This document shows, in pieces, positions 39,106-49,398 of a DNA stretch of 64,000 nucleotides. The translations under genes were made by a program, and so were the position numbers. This DNA comes from a virus. Numbering within the stretch: the stretch's first letter is position 1; the number at the start of each line of letters is the position of its first letter. A model generated the notes under the pieces. The model searched no databases and was not told where the DNA came from. It worked only from the letters and a program-made list of their open reading frames with translations. The DNA lies in IMG/VR virus record IMGVR_UViG_3300009408_000002, positions 12,916-76,915 of that record; one strand, given 5' to 3'.

Positions 39106-40454
39106 AGTTAATAGTTCCAGCATCAGACAATACAGTCATGACACAACACTGCGTCAAGCGTGCTCGTGATCTTGCAGCCAGTCGCTCAACGTCGGTCATG
39201 ATCTATGACAATGGAGTCGGGATTGCAGATTCCCTGGGCGACGGAGAGAACAGGGGTGTGTACCCCGTGTTCTTCGATGTCGCCAACAACAGTCACGCCG
39301 ACATCGTGATGTTCATTCACTCTGACTTGATGATCCATGAATACGGCTGGGATATGCGAGTCATCGAGATGTTTCGAGACAACCCCAAGCTAGGACTAAT
39401 AGGATTCGTTGGATCGGATGAGATCAACACCAACGGTGGTCGCGGCCTGGGAACACGATCAAACTTCTCTGGCAAGGAAGAGCACTCAGCCCCCGCCGAG
39501 GTCCATGGTGCGAGATCCAATGGTGAATGCATCGTTGCACAGGTTGACGGATGCGTGATGGCCATGCGCCGATCCGCCCTGCTTGAGATCCCCTTCAGAG
39601 ACGACTTTCCAATTCACCACTTTTATGATCGCCTGCTGTCATGCGAGATGTTGTGGCGAGAATGGCAGGTGGGATATATCGGTGTTCAGTGTGATCACTT
39701 GGGCGGTCAAACTGCATGCGCCTCTGAGAAGTACAGGACTTCTTCAGTTGCGTGGCTTGAGAATCGCGGTCACAAACTGCTCGATGACAACCCGGACATG
39801 ACGAACTACAGGATCGCTGAAAGCATATTCCTACACGAATGGCGAGATCAGCGGAGATTCATCCCGCTCAAAGTCATGCCTAGCGGAACAACGGTACATG
39901 CTTCCCCCCCGCCCAGAAGTCCTGGTCCTATCTGTGGGAAGTTCAGGGACGGAACCGCCGACTCGGACATCCACGAACACATGGACACCCTGCACGATCT
40001 GGTGCTGAGGGTCAACGCCAGAAACGTATGGGAGCTAGGGGTACATCTGGGGAACAGCACGCTAGCTTTTCTCGAAGCGTGCAGAAAGGTAGGCGGGATT
40101 CTCTCGTCAGTCGATCTCATGCCCTGTGAAGTAGCGCATGAGCGAGTGAAGAAGAACAGGTTGGAGGGCAGGTGGAGATTCACAAAGGCCAATGATCTCG
40201 ACATCAAGATCACAACGCCAATTGATGTCCTTCTAATAGACTCAGATCACTCCTACGAACACACAGCAAAAGAACTCAAGAAATATGCAGGCATGGTAAT
40301 GCCAAGGGGATTTATCGCGCTCCATGACACGAAATCGTTTCCGGGGGTGTGGCAAGCAATCGAGGAATTCCTCGCAGAGAACCTGCAGTTCTATCTGTGG
40401 GCGCATCACGAAAACAATCACGGCATGGGAATCTTGAGGAGGAGAGACGCATGA
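39096..40454 (+). CDS. GT2-like glycosyltransferase fused to class I SAM methyltransferase
   Basis: 'FIHSD', 'VDGC', 'HFYD' then 'ELGVHLGNS', 'IDSDHSYE', 'GFIALHD'. Confidence 0.85.
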   Translation: MRLELIVPASDNTVMTQHCVKRARDLAASRSTSVMIYDNGVGIADSLGDGENRGVYPVFFDVANNSHADIVMFIHSDLMIHEYGWDMRVIEMFRDNPKLGLIGFVGSDEINTNGGRGLGTRSNFSGKEEHSAPAEVHGARSNGECIVAQVDGCVMAMRRSALLEIPFRDDFPIHHFYDRLLSCEMLWREWQVGYIGVQCDHLGGQTACASEKYRTSSVAWLENRGHKLLDDNPDMTNYRIAESIFLHEWRDQRRFIPLKVMPSGTTVHASPPPRSPGPICGKFRDGTADSDIHEHMDTLHDLVLRVNARNVWELGVHLGNSTLAFLEACRKVGGILSSVDLMPCEVAHERVKKNRLEGRWRFTKANDLDIKITTPIDVLLIDSDHSYEHTAKELKKYAGMVMPRGFIALHDTKSFPGVWQAIEEFLAENLQFYLWAHHENNHGMGILRRRDA

Positions 40455-40780
40455 CGATCGACGAATACGAGAACGTCGCCCTGCAAACAGCGTTCTATCC
40501 CGACAGAGGGTCAAACATGAGCTATCCCGCACTGGGTCTGTGCGGCGAAGCAGGAGAAGTTGCCGAGAAGGTCAAGAAGTGCATGAGGGATCATGCTGGA
40601 TATCTTGACAAGCAACAGAGAGACCAACTCATCAAGGAGCTAGGAGATGTTCTCTGGTATGTGGCAGCCATGGCTTACGAGATCGATTGCCCCATGACGG
40701 AGATCGCAGAGAGGAACATCAAGAAACTGGCAAGCAGGAATCTGAGAGGGACTCTCTCTGGTGACGGAGACAACCGATGA
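40451..40780 (+). CDS. MazG-like nucleotide pyrophosphohydrolase
   Basis: 'GLCGEAGEVAEKVKK...ELGDVLWY...NIKKL..R'. Confidence 0.92.
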   Translation: MTIDEYENVALQTAFYPDRGSNMSYPALGLCGEAGEVAEKVKKCMRDHAGYLDKQQRDQLIKELGDVLWYVAAMAYEIDCPMTEIAERNIKKLASRNLRGTLSGDGDNR

Positions 40781-41160
40781 CGGATATTTCAGGGAAGAGG
40801 CCCCAGCACGATTGGCTATGGACAGCCGAGGTGGTCAGGTGGCTGGACGGAGACACTGTGGTCGTCTTGATAGATCGTGGCTTCAAGGACAGAAGCCTGC
40901 GTCACATCCGGCTGCTGGGGATTGATACTCCTGAGACCAGGAGCAAACTCAGGTGGGGCACCAGAGAGCTAGCAAAGCAGGCGACTGAGAGGGCAATCGC
41001 GCTGTCGCCAGTTGGCTCAGAGGTGATGGTGAGGAGTTACAAACCAGGCAAGTACGGCGGCAGATGGCTTGGTGAGATATGGCCGGCAGACAAATCAGAA
41101 GAAAGATCTGTCAACCAGATCATGCTCGATGAAGGGCTGGCCAGATCCTATCCCAAATGA
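40777..41160 (+). CDS. Thermonuclease (SNase-like)
   Basis: 'DGDT...IRLLGIDTPE...KYGGRWL...NQIMLDEGLA'. Confidence 0.9.
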   Translation: MTDISGKRPQHDWLWTAEVVRWLDGDTVVVLIDRGFKDRSLRHIRLLGIDTPETRSKLRWGTRELAKQATERAIALSPVGSEVMVRSYKPGKYGGRWLGEIWPADKSEERSVNQIMLDEGLARSYPK

Positions 41161-41498
41161 AACAGAACGAGGAGCTACTTCCTCGATCCTTCCAGTGGAT
41201 CATGAGGGACCCAAGTGGCAGGCCGATAGCCGAGCTACCAGCCTACCACCTGGGCATCAGGGGCCTTGTTGTTCATCGCTCAGTGACCGATCCCGTGACA
41301 TGGACGATTAGTCACTGGAGCGGGCTGCACATCGGCGGAATCTTCACCAGCCTAGAGCAAGCGTTTGATCTTGCAAGTGACTTCTTTCGCAACACGAAGG
41401 TCAACTGGACCCTTGGCCCAGCGGATCTTCGAAGTGTGGTTCAGGCCGAGATCGAATCTCGTGGATTCAAGCTGAGGTTCTCTAGTCGCAACAGCTAG
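41157..41498 (+). CDS. Hypothetical protein (last + strand gene)
   Basis: ATGA overlap. Confidence 0.6.
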   Translation: MKQNEELLPRSFQWIMRDPSGRPIAELPAYHLGIRGLVVHRSVTDPVTWTISHWSGLHIGGIFTSLEQAFDLASDFFRNTKVNWTLGPADLRSVVQAEIESRGFKLRFSSRNS

Positions 41499-41563
41499 CC
41501 CCGCGACGGCTCCCGCCGCCGCGCGCACCTGCACCTCAGCGCCACCTGCACCCCGCGCCGGGC

Positions 41564-41860
41564 TCACCAGGAACCCCGCGTGTCTGCGGCAGCGATCGCG
41601 AATTCTTCGCAGATGGCGCGAACCATGGGGTCGGGGCTGAGAGAATCAAACTCCACGATCAGGCCGTAGCTGATCGCGCTGGCCGGGATGCGATCCCATC
41701 CGCTCCCACTCCCACGCAGCGCCCACAATTCCCGCCCCACTCGCAGGGCCCGGCCCCGCATGTGACCGCGCCAGTCCAGGGGCGGGGGGCAGTAGCAATC
41801 CCCCAGCGGACCGTCCGGTGGCTCGAAACCACAATCCGGGCAGCGGTACCCCCCGATCAT
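41564..41860 (-). CDS. Hypothetical protein with CxxC motif
   Basis: ORF coupled to 41857-42057. Confidence 0.5.
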   Translation of the reverse strand: MIGGYRCPDCGFEPPDGPLGDCYCPPPLDWRGHMRGRALRVGRELWALRGSGSGWDRIPASAISYGLIVEFDSLSPDPMVRAICEEFAIAAADTRGSW

Positions 41861-42225
41861 GATTGCACCCCGCGAGCCAGCGCCACCAGCGCGGCCCGAG
41901 TTTGTCCGTGACCCATTGCGGGAAGCTGGTGGCCCCCTCCGGATGCCCCGATCGGTGGCGGCCCGGCGGATGGCCTCGCTGGCAACTGATTGCCAAGATC
42001 CCTGGCCACGCCTGACTCGACGATGAAGAAATTGTCAAACTTCTTTCTTACTATCATTCGCCTTCCCCTGTTTGGTAGTGGATCGTCCAGTCGTGCAGTC
42101 GAAGCAACGATTCAGAGTGTCCCATGCAGCGAAGCACTGAATACACAGACCCAGCTCAAGAATGCCATTCAGACCACATCTCCTGCATGATCCAGGACTG
42201 CATGGATAAATACGATCACGGCTCA

Positions 42226-42477
42226 TTACACGGGCTCCTCGTTCTCCATTAGATCAGCCATATCTCGCAGCACCTCCAGTGTGTTCGCCTTGTTCATGTT
42301 ACTACCAAAGGATTGGTAGCAGACCTCTGGCTCTTCTGGCAACTCCATGCCATCGGGTGTTGCGCCATTCGTCATGACAAGCACGAATGCCACCCCCTTG
42401 TTCTTGACCCTGTGATTGATAAGTCTCGTGAAGTCGATGCACAATGCTTCGACATATTCTCCGCTTGCTGCTGACAT
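42226..42477 (-). CDS. Hypothetical protein
   Basis: SD AAGGAG before ATG 42477. Confidence 0.6.
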   Translation of the reverse strand: MSAASGEYVEALCIDFTRLINHRVKNKGVAFVLVMTNGATPDGMELPEEPEVCYQSFGSNMNKANTLEVLRDMADLMENEEPV

Positions 42478-42490
42478 TGCCGCTCCTTGA

Positions 42491-43759
42491 TCAAACAAAG
42501 TCCTTGTCCTGAATCGCACTCGCAAACAACTCGTCCTTGTCGTGGCACAGCTCAAACATTCTTCTGTCGAGCGGATGGTCCACAACAAGATAGATGTAGG
42601 AGCATGCGTTCTTCTGCGTCATTCGATAGATCCGATCCTCAGCCTGCGTGTTGTAGGCGGCAACCCAGTTAGGATCAACGATCAGCATGTTCGATGCACG
42701 TTCCAGGTTGAGCCCTTCTTTATGGGCCATGATGGTTAGTCCCAGCCCGTCGATATCCCCGCCCTGGAAAGCCTTTATTCGGCGGACCCTTTCTCCATTC
42801 GCCACTGAGCCATTCGAGTAGGCCCAGTGCTTCCTTCCGCCCAGTCGCTCGACAGGCAGCTTGTGATCGCTGAATGCAACCAATGGGACGCCATCAAACG
42901 AGTCTGCGATATCCATGGCGAATGGAATCTTCCTCTCAGCCAACAGCCTTCGTACTGTCGCGAGTTCAAACATCAGTGGGCAGGTACCGGTCCTGATCGC
43001 CCCCTGGACATCGAGGTACAGGTCGAGCTTCGAGTTCGCCTCACCAAGCAACTTCAACTGTGAGGCACTGAACTTCGGATCAACCATGATTGTCTGCCAT
43101 CTCTTTGGCGGCAACTGAGGAAGCACGTCCTCTCTTTCGCGCCTCAGCATTATTTTCGAGATGGTAGGATAGAGACTCTTTTCGATATGCCACCGCCCAT
43201 CGATGCAGATGAAGTGACGCATGAATGTGGTCATCGACCCCCACGTCTCCTCCATCATCCGGGTGACCATCAAGATCGCCCCCAGTTCGGACGGTCTATT
43301 GAGCAGCGGTGTCCCCGTAAGCGTCACCAACTTCCCATGAGGAATCACGCAGTCAACCAGATCCATGACGCACATCGATCTAATTGAGTCGGGATTCTTG
43401 CAGGCATGGACTTCATCAATGATTAGGGCGACGCCTTCTCCATCAGCCATCTCAAGCCCATGCCTGGGCAAGATGTCATAGTTGAAGATCAGAGCTTCGC
43501 CGGACTGTGGCCACCGAAACGACTTCCGACCAAACATCGCCTGCGCTGAAATATCTGATCGCCAGATCTCGAACTCATCGACCCAGTTACGCTTCAGCGA
43601 AGCAGGGCAGATGACCATGATCTTCTCGAAGTCAGATGTCCCGCAGATTGCCTGAGCGGTCTTGCCAAGGCCGGGCGGATCGGCGATGAGGGACTTGGTT
43701 CGTCGCTTGATAAAACTTACGCCGGCTGACTGGTAGGGGTATAGTCTCAACTCACTCAT
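42491..43759 (-). CDS. SNF2-family helicase
   Basis: 'LYPYQ', 'GLGKT', 'DEVH', 'TGTP', 'EGLNL', 'QAEDRIYR'. Confidence 0.92.
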   Translation of the reverse strand: MSELRLYPYQSAGVSFIKRRTKSLIADPPGLGKTAQAICGTSDFEKIMVICPASLKRNWVDEFEIWRSDISAQAMFGRKSFRWPQSGEALIFNYDILPRHGLEMADGEGVALIIDEVHACKNPDSIRSMCVMDLVDCVIPHGKLVTLTGTPLLNRPSELGAILMVTRMMEETWGSMTTFMRHFICIDGRWHIEKSLYPTISKIMLRREREDVLPQLPPKRWQTIMVDPKFSASQLKLLGEANSKLDLYLDVQGAIRTGTCPLMFELATVRRLLAERKIPFAMDIADSFDGVPLVAFSDHKLPVERLGGRKHWAYSNGSVANGERVRRIKAFQGGDIDGLGLTIMAHKEGLNLERASNMLIVDPNWVAAYNTQAEDRIYRMTQKNACSYIYLVVDHPLDRRMFELCHDKDELFASAIQDKDFV

Positions 43760-44299
43760 CGAGTTTGACTGGCGTCTCGGAATACTTGCCATCACGATCG
43801 ATGTGAGTTTCTGCGTCGGCCCTCATCTGATCGATGAGCTGCTCGGGGGGCGTTTCCTGCCGATCGCAGATTGCAGGATAAACTCCATCAGCAAGTGATC
43901 AAACTGAGCACCCAGATCGTCACGAATCGTTTTCATCGGTAACACCTCCGTTCAACCTCTTCCTCGATCACTTCGAGCAGCCAGTGGAGCCAGAATGCAG
44001 CCCGTTCAATAGGACGAGCAGAATCCTTCTGGCACCATGATTGCGACACTCCGTGCTTCAGGTTGAGCGACCGGAGCTTCCTCCCGACAACAAAACCAAG
44101 TAGCCTGACCTCCAGGTCGCTACTCCTCGAAACCCTATTGCACTGCCTGTCTATTTTCTTGAGCGTCCTCTTTCTCAAGGTTCCTGGTCCTCCTCTCCGT
44201 GTCCCATGATCGAGGCGTAGGCCCACAACAGGGCAAGCATGCTCATCGCCCCAGCTAGGTACCACACGATCCATGCCGGCATCTCTATTGTTGAACCCA

Positions 44300-44548
44300 T
44301 CACTCAGCCCCGTCTCGAACGATCTCGTTATCTTCTGAAATAAGCGACAGGATTGCCTTTCTCGTGTATCTGAGGTTCTTCTTGCCAGCCAGCCGGACTG
44401 GCTTTACCCGCCCCGCAAATTCATAGTTCCGCAGAGTTCTGTCAGAGATATTGAGAAGATTGCAGACCTCGCGTCTGGTGTACAAACGATCTTCGAGATC
44501 AAGTATCGGTTCTTCGCTGTTCGTGTCTTCCATGCCTCGCCCCTTCAT
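44300..44548 (-). CDS. MerR/excisionase-type HTH protein
   Basis: 'LYTRREVCNLLNISDRTLRNYE..G...RY'. Confidence 0.85.
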   Translation of the reverse strand: MKGRGMEDTNSEEPILDLEDRLYTRREVCNLLNISDRTLRNYEFAGRVKPVRLAGKKNLRYTRKAILSLISEDNEIVRDGAE

Positions 44549-46425
44549 GACAATCGTTGACTGACAAAAGCCTGCTCAAGTCCCTCAAGGCTGCATATAT
44601 CGTCTGCAACAAGATCCGCCCTGACGCATTCAAATCTTGCCCCACGCATGAACACGGTTCCCTCCCCACTTCTCGATAGCGTCTCGAATGCTACATCGAT
44701 GACAATGCAGGGCTTGATTGCAAACCCGGATCTCTTTCCGCCAGACGAGTCACGTTGAATTCGTGGACCCATGATCAGCCCGTCCCCAGTGACCTGTTGC
44801 ATCAGGGCCATAGTAGACTCACGGTCAGGGGCGCTAATCACGCACACTTCGCGCATCCTGCTGCTCCCGCACACAGATAGACCCAGAGCACCGATAGAAG
44901 ATCGATCAGACTCTGACGACCAATAGGCCGATGTGAGACACAGGCTCACTGTCGATTCCCGCTTCTTCTTCAGCCAGTCATTTGATGCTCGATCCATGAG
45001 GTACTTGGCCTTAAGATCCTTGACGATCAGCCCCTCGTAACCCTGATCGACAAAGCCTGAGTAGACAGAGTTCAGGTCCACTCCACTGACAACCGACTGT
45101 CCCTTAGCAATCTCGATTCCTTCTGGCAACGCAAGTGACTTTAGCATTGCTCGCCTTCCGACAAGCTTGACGCCAGTGAAGTCTCGACCATTGAGATACA
45201 GAAGATCGAACACCGAGTAGATTAGCCTTACGCGATCATCCCCCGTCCTAATCTTTCTATATACCTCGTGGACCTTGGCATTCCTGAAGCCATCATCATC
45301 AGCGATCACTCCATGAAGTTCGCCATCAAGGATCGCAGACCCTACAGTCCGACCCAGCTTCCTGATTCGACTAGCAAGCCAGGGAATCGCAGTTGTCCAG
45401 TTGTTCTTCTTGCGGGTGAACAGTCCAACCAGGACATTCCCATCTGCGTCCGTCTTGATGTGTGAATGAATTCGAATGCCGTCGTATTTGCATTCAACCC
45501 ATACAGGGAACTTCTTCTTGAGCACGCCAACTGGTTTCGGTGCGCACAGCATTGGCCTAACAGGACACAGGGGCCTGAGCGTGATTCTCTTGAGCCCATC
45601 CCCGCCATGATTCTCAATGATTACTCCAAGATCAATCGGATCAACCAGCCTTGTTGCATCGATGATCTTTCGGACATCACACGAATACCGCTTGGCAGCA
45701 TTGAGCCAGACAGACGAGAGGATCTTCTTGGAGAACCGAGACCGGTTACCAGAAATCAGCTTGTAGATGTAATGCCGCTCCAGCCTCCCCGCTTGGCGCA
45801 TCAGATCAAAGACAACTCGCTCCCTGTTCTTGAGAGAAATGTCCTGCAGTCCTCTCATCGAAGATAGCACCTCGCATGATGTGAGCGCAGGCTTGGAACG
45901 AATCCTACTTGTCGAGATCGTAAACAGCCGACCCAGGCCAGACGCACCAGCAACACTATCCAGCACCTCATCCTTGGTGCAGAAGTTCAGTCGGCAAAGC
46001 ACATTGACCAATGTATCGAAGCCAAGCCCGCTGCCCTTGTTCTCCCCGAACGGGTCTCCAATCAAGACCCCAATCTTCTCTGCCAGCGTCAAGCCAACGT
46101 CAGCTTTCACGAGCTCCCCGATCGCCTGATCCGCTGGAGGAAGATCCTCGATCCTGAAGCCAAACGAGTGGGCCATCTCTGCTGGTCGGTAGCCAGATAG
46201 CGGAAGCAGCGCCCCTCTGCACAATGAATGAAATGGGATGCTGTCTAGCGATCGGCCCTCCTTGACAGATACGTCAGCAGCCAGGCTCAGTGCGGGACCA
46301 AGCCCGATGATGTCACACGCATCTCGATGCGATATGCCGAGAGTCTCCTTCATGCGCTTGAAAGACTCGACTGCCCCTCCGCCGAGGACCCATTTACGGA
46401 ATTGCTTTTCCTTGATGATGTTCAC
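44545..46425 (-). CDS. Second ATP-dependent DNA ligase
   Basis: 'ECKYDGIR', 'ILDGEL', 'VFDLL', 'EGLIVKD', 'WLKKK', OB domain; helical N-terminal domain. Confidence 0.92.
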   Translation of the reverse strand: MNIIKEKQFRKWVLGGGAVESFKRMKETLGISHRDACDIIGLGPALSLAADVSVKEGRSLDSIPFHSLCRGALLPLSGYRPAEMAHSFGFRIEDLPPADQAIGELVKADVGLTLAEKIGVLIGDPFGENKGSGLGFDTLVNVLCRLNFCTKDEVLDSVAGASGLGRLFTISTSRIRSKPALTSCEVLSSMRGLQDISLKNRERVVFDLMRQAGRLERHYIYKLISGNRSRFSKKILSSVWLNAAKRYSCDVRKIIDATRLVDPIDLGVIIENHGGDGLKRITLRPLCPVRPMLCAPKPVGVLKKKFPVWVECKYDGIRIHSHIKTDADGNVLVGLFTRKKNNWTTAIPWLASRIRKLGRTVGSAILDGELHGVIADDDGFRNAKVHEVYRKIRTGDDRVRLIYSVFDLLYLNGRDFTGVKLVGRRAMLKSLALPEGIEIAKGQSVVSGVDLNSVYSGFVDQGYEGLIVKDLKAKYLMDRASNDWLKKKRESTVSLCLTSAYWSSESDRSSIGALGLSVCGSSRMREVCVISAPDRESTMALMQQVTGDGLIMGPRIQRDSSGGKRSGFAIKPCIVIDVAFETLSRSGEGTVFMRGARFECVRADLVADDICSLEGLEQAFVSQRLS

Positions 46426-47450
46426 TTCTTGGCCCTCACGACCCTCTTCTTCGACTTCTTCTTTGCCGGAGGCACGGGGTAGGACATCTCCGGGTGATCG
46501 GGATGAAGCTGCAAGACGCCAGCGTCAGCGCTCTGGACAAGTCGCAACTGGTATCCGAGCGTTGGAGTCGAGACCGACTTGACGCACCGAAGGGTCAGGA
46601 TCTTCTCGCGGTATTCCCCGCCCCACTCAAGAGCCATATCCTTGGTCGAGAGAGACATCCACTCTGCGAGGAACACGACATCAGCCGTGTGCATCAGGCA
46701 CTCGCCGCCAGCCGGTGAACCGGTATCCCGGATCTGACCAACTGTCAGACATGTCACCCCAGCATCATGGTTGTACGTCTTCAGGACAGCCAAGTTGTCA
46801 GCAGTCCGAGTCTTCGACGGATCAAGGGCGTTCAGGGAATCGACCACCACAAACTGAATGCCTTCTTCCTCAACCAAGTATCGATAGTGAGTGACGAAAT
46901 CAGCCCACGTCTTGCCCCGATGATACTGGCTCAGCAAGACCCAGATGTTGGGAGCGATCTTGTCCTTGAACTGCTTGAGCGTGACGCCCTCGGTTTGCAT
47001 GATGATCTTCGTCATGCGGCTCGCCAGGTCATCGCGACCCGAACCAACCGGATCACGGAAGCCCTCTTCTGCCACAACATATGCGACCTTCTTGCCAGCA
47101 GAGGCGATCCTTCCGATTGCTGCAATTGCTGTCCTCGACTTCCCCTTTCCCGGAGGACCACAGAATGCAATCGTGGTCCCAGCAGGAACGCCACCAATCC
47201 TGTGTTGTCCGTCTTGCAAGAGACACAACAGGTCAAGTGCAGTGCCCGTCTCGATCGCCTGTTGTTCTTTGATGATGTCCTTGATATCGGCTGGACGAAT
47301 GATATCGGCCTTGAGGCCGGCATCTTCATCCCCGCCCCCATCTGGATCTTGAGCAAATGGGTCAGAAGCCGGATCGAGATTTCCGATCTGACTCATCATC
47401 ATCTGCATCATCTGCATCATCTGGTCGCCATCGACTTTCTTTTTTGCCAT
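46422..47450 (-). CDS. RecA/KaiC-superfamily ATPase
   Basis: 'TGTALD..GGVP', Walker A 'GPPGKGKS', 'AEE', Walker B 'VVVDS', 'HTADVV'. Confidence 0.85.
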   Translation of the reverse strand: MAKKKVDGDQMMQMMQMMMSQIGNLDPASDPFAQDPDGGGDEDAGLKADIIRPADIKDIIKEQQAIETGTALDLLCLLQDGQHRIGGVPAGTTIAFCGPPGKGKSRTAIAAIGRIASAGKKVAYVVAEEGFRDPVGSGRDDLASRMTKIIMQTEGVTLKQFKDKIAPNIWVLLSQYHRGKTWADFVTHYRYLVEEEGIQFVVVDSLNALDPSKTRTADNLAVLKTYNHDAGVTCLTVGQIRDTGSPAGGECLMHTADVVFLAEWMSLSTKDMALEWGGEYREKILTLRCVKSVSTPTLGYQLRLVQSADAGVLQLHPDHPEMSYPVPPAKKKSKKRVVRAKK

Positions 47451-47602
47451 TATCGGACTCTCCTCATTTGATCTCCGTTTGGATCAAGCGCTTCTTTGAT
47501 GTCATATATTTCCACTCTGTCAGGATCCAATGATAAGGTGACCCGACACCTACTTATGCTGTCAGAACTCCTTCGCAGCAGATGACCCGTATGTGACCAC
47601 TC

Positions 47603-47800
47603 TCATTTCCCGCCTCCAAGACTCTGATCGTGAGTTGTATTCGATTGGTACTCGGGCTTCTTTTTGCCGGAGACCTTCTTGCCTAGCGCCTTCTCCAGGA
47701 ACTTCATGCCAGCATCACACGACTTGCCCTTGAAGCCGATTGCTTCGGCCTCAACGCTTCCGTCCTGAAGTATCTTTATCTCGATCTGCTTGCGTGCCAT
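47603..47800 (-). CDS. DUF2997-like protein
   Basis: 'I.IKI..DGSV..EAIGFKGKSC...LEKALG...KPEY'. Confidence 0.8.
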   Translation of the reverse strand: MARKQIEIKILQDGSVEAEAIGFKGKSCDAGMKFLEKALGKKVSGKKKPEYQSNTTHDQSLGGGK

Positions 47801-48214
47801 CTACCATTTCTCCAGCGTGAGTTGGACTACATCGTTGACCACATTCTCGGACTTCACCTTGTAGCCCGCTTTCTGTGCGCACTTCACCGCACGATGTCTT
47901 GCGTACCTTTGCCTCAGCTTGTCGAGCCAACTATCGTTGTGTTTCCGCCGGTCGTAGTTGGAGATCACGGCCCGATACTCTCCATCAACAAGCTTGAAGC
48001 CAAGATCATTACTGACGCCTCCAACGAATCGCCTCTCGACAGAAATGTCAGCAGTCATGAGATTATCGTTTGCATCCTTGCGAGGACGACCGTTGTATCC
48101 GATGAGCACCCGGCCATTCTCTCTAAGCACAGTTCCATACCCCACATCAGCAAGTGCTGCGCACAGTGCATCAGGATCAGAGAACGCTGTCTTGTAGACT
48201 GCATACTGACTCAT
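47801..48214 (-). CDS. DUF1257/Ycf35-like protein
   Basis: 'MSQY...T.F.D..AL..AL...NDLGF...Y..V.S.YD...QRYA...GY'. Confidence 0.8.
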   Translation of the reverse strand: MSQYAVYKTAFSDPDALCAALADVGYGTVLRENGRVLIGYNGRPRKDANDNLMTADISVERRFVGGVSNDLGFKLVDGEYRAVISNYDRRKHNDSWLDKLRQRYARHRAVKCAQKAGYKVKSENVVNDVVQLTLEKW

Positions 48215-48489
48215 TGATTCCTCCCGCTGACCAGCCGATCAACAGACCCAGGTTCGTGTTTCATGCGAGCCTCAAGAAGCTCAACCTCGAATGCAAGAGC
48301 TTCCGATCTGAACTTGAATCCGCCCCACTCCTCTCCTGTCTGGATCACCTTCACACACCAGGCTTGATCCTGATTGTCCCATTCGACATGGGACGCTCTC
48401 CGCATTCGAGCCCTGCAATCGAAGGCTTCATGCATCACCTCATTATGCAGACACTCGACAGTCCCATCAGGCAAGACGTTGACTAGCAT
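48211..48489 (-). CDS. Conserved small protein ('RRASHVE') of the Ycf46 module
   Basis: 'PDGTV...RRASHVEW...F..RSEAL..EV'. Confidence 0.6.
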   Translation of the reverse strand: MLVNVLPDGTVECLHNEVMHEAFDCRARMRRASHVEWDNQDQAWCVKVIQTGEEWGGFKFRSEALAFEVELLEARMKHEPGSVDRLVSGRNQ

Positions 48490-48926
48490 CAGTTTGTCTC
48501 CGCAGAAGTCTTCCTCATTTCGCAGATCGCTTCCTTGACACAGAAGGTCATGTATACTCCGATTGCTTCGTGGTTTATCCTCAGACACAGATCGCACACA
48601 CGAGAGACTGCAAGGTAGAACTTGCCCGCAGAGTTCCATGGTGGACACTGGATAAATAGATATTTCATCACAAGCTCAGGATGTTTCGATGCGATGATAC
48701 GAGGCACATAAGCATCACACATGAGGCACGAGTCCATTGCGCCACCAATAATTGCAATGGGCTTCATGCCAACGACATGATAGATCTGCTCCATGTTCAT
48801 GGTCGGGTGAAGACCATTCGCTGACGAAAGCACAAGACACCCATGAACACGATCCTTGCCCAGGTCATTCAGGTCGCCACACATCGAATAACTGACAGAC
48901 ATGCTGTTCTCCTTGACTAGATGCAC
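48489..48926 (-). CDS. Hypothetical protein
   Basis: ORF in operon. Confidence 0.5.
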   Translation of the reverse strand: MHLVKENSMSVSYSMCGDLNDLGKDRVHGCLVLSSANGLHPTMNMEQIYHVVGMKPIAIIGGAMDSCLMCDAYVPRIIASKHPELVMKYLFIQCPPWNSAGKFYLAVSRVCDLCLRINHEAIGVYMTFCVKEAICEMRKTSAETN

Positions 48927-49225
48927 GCAGAGCCCCAGGCCCAGACCGTCTTGATGCCGAGTCGCTTTGGCTCTCTCTTTAGCTTGTATCCATTGCCACC
49001 ATAAGAGGGCCAGATGTTGAACAGGTAGGCGGCTTCACAACCGAACTTCCCTACGTAGTTATAGGCATCATCAACAACAACCTCCGCCCCAAGCCTCTCG
49101 CATAGTTCGAATCCGTACCACTTCATGAGATCAAGACTCTTCTCGACTACGATGACTCGATCAACTGATCGTTTCTTCGTGACTTGATGCAGCAGCCGTC
49201 GTCGAACAACAGGGGCGGATTCCAT
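48917..49225 (-). CDS. Hypothetical protein
   Basis: ORF in operon. Confidence 0.5.
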   Translation of the reverse strand: MESAPVVRRRLLHQVTKKRSVDRVIVVEKSLDLMKWYGFELCERLGAEVVVDDAYNYVGKFGCEAAYLFNIWPSYGGNGYKLKREPKRLGIKTVWAWGSACI

Positions 49226-49398
49226 GTCGATGCGTCGATCTTCATCCAGTTGTCGAAGGGAAGATCATCACGCCAAGCCACAGCGGGTCGCCGCTCCATG
49301 ATATTTTTCGAGAGGCTCCTAACGAAACTGATCATTTGTTCCACGGCTCGACAAGTTCCCGATAACCAACAAGCATAATGACATCAGTCCACTCCGTC

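Noticed and set aside
44300-44548. Excisionase implying an integrative prophage
   Set aside because: No integrase or att site in the window; this HTH family also includes plain regulators
46422-47450. Circadian KaiC
   Set aside because: Single RecA-fold domain and no kaiA/kaiB
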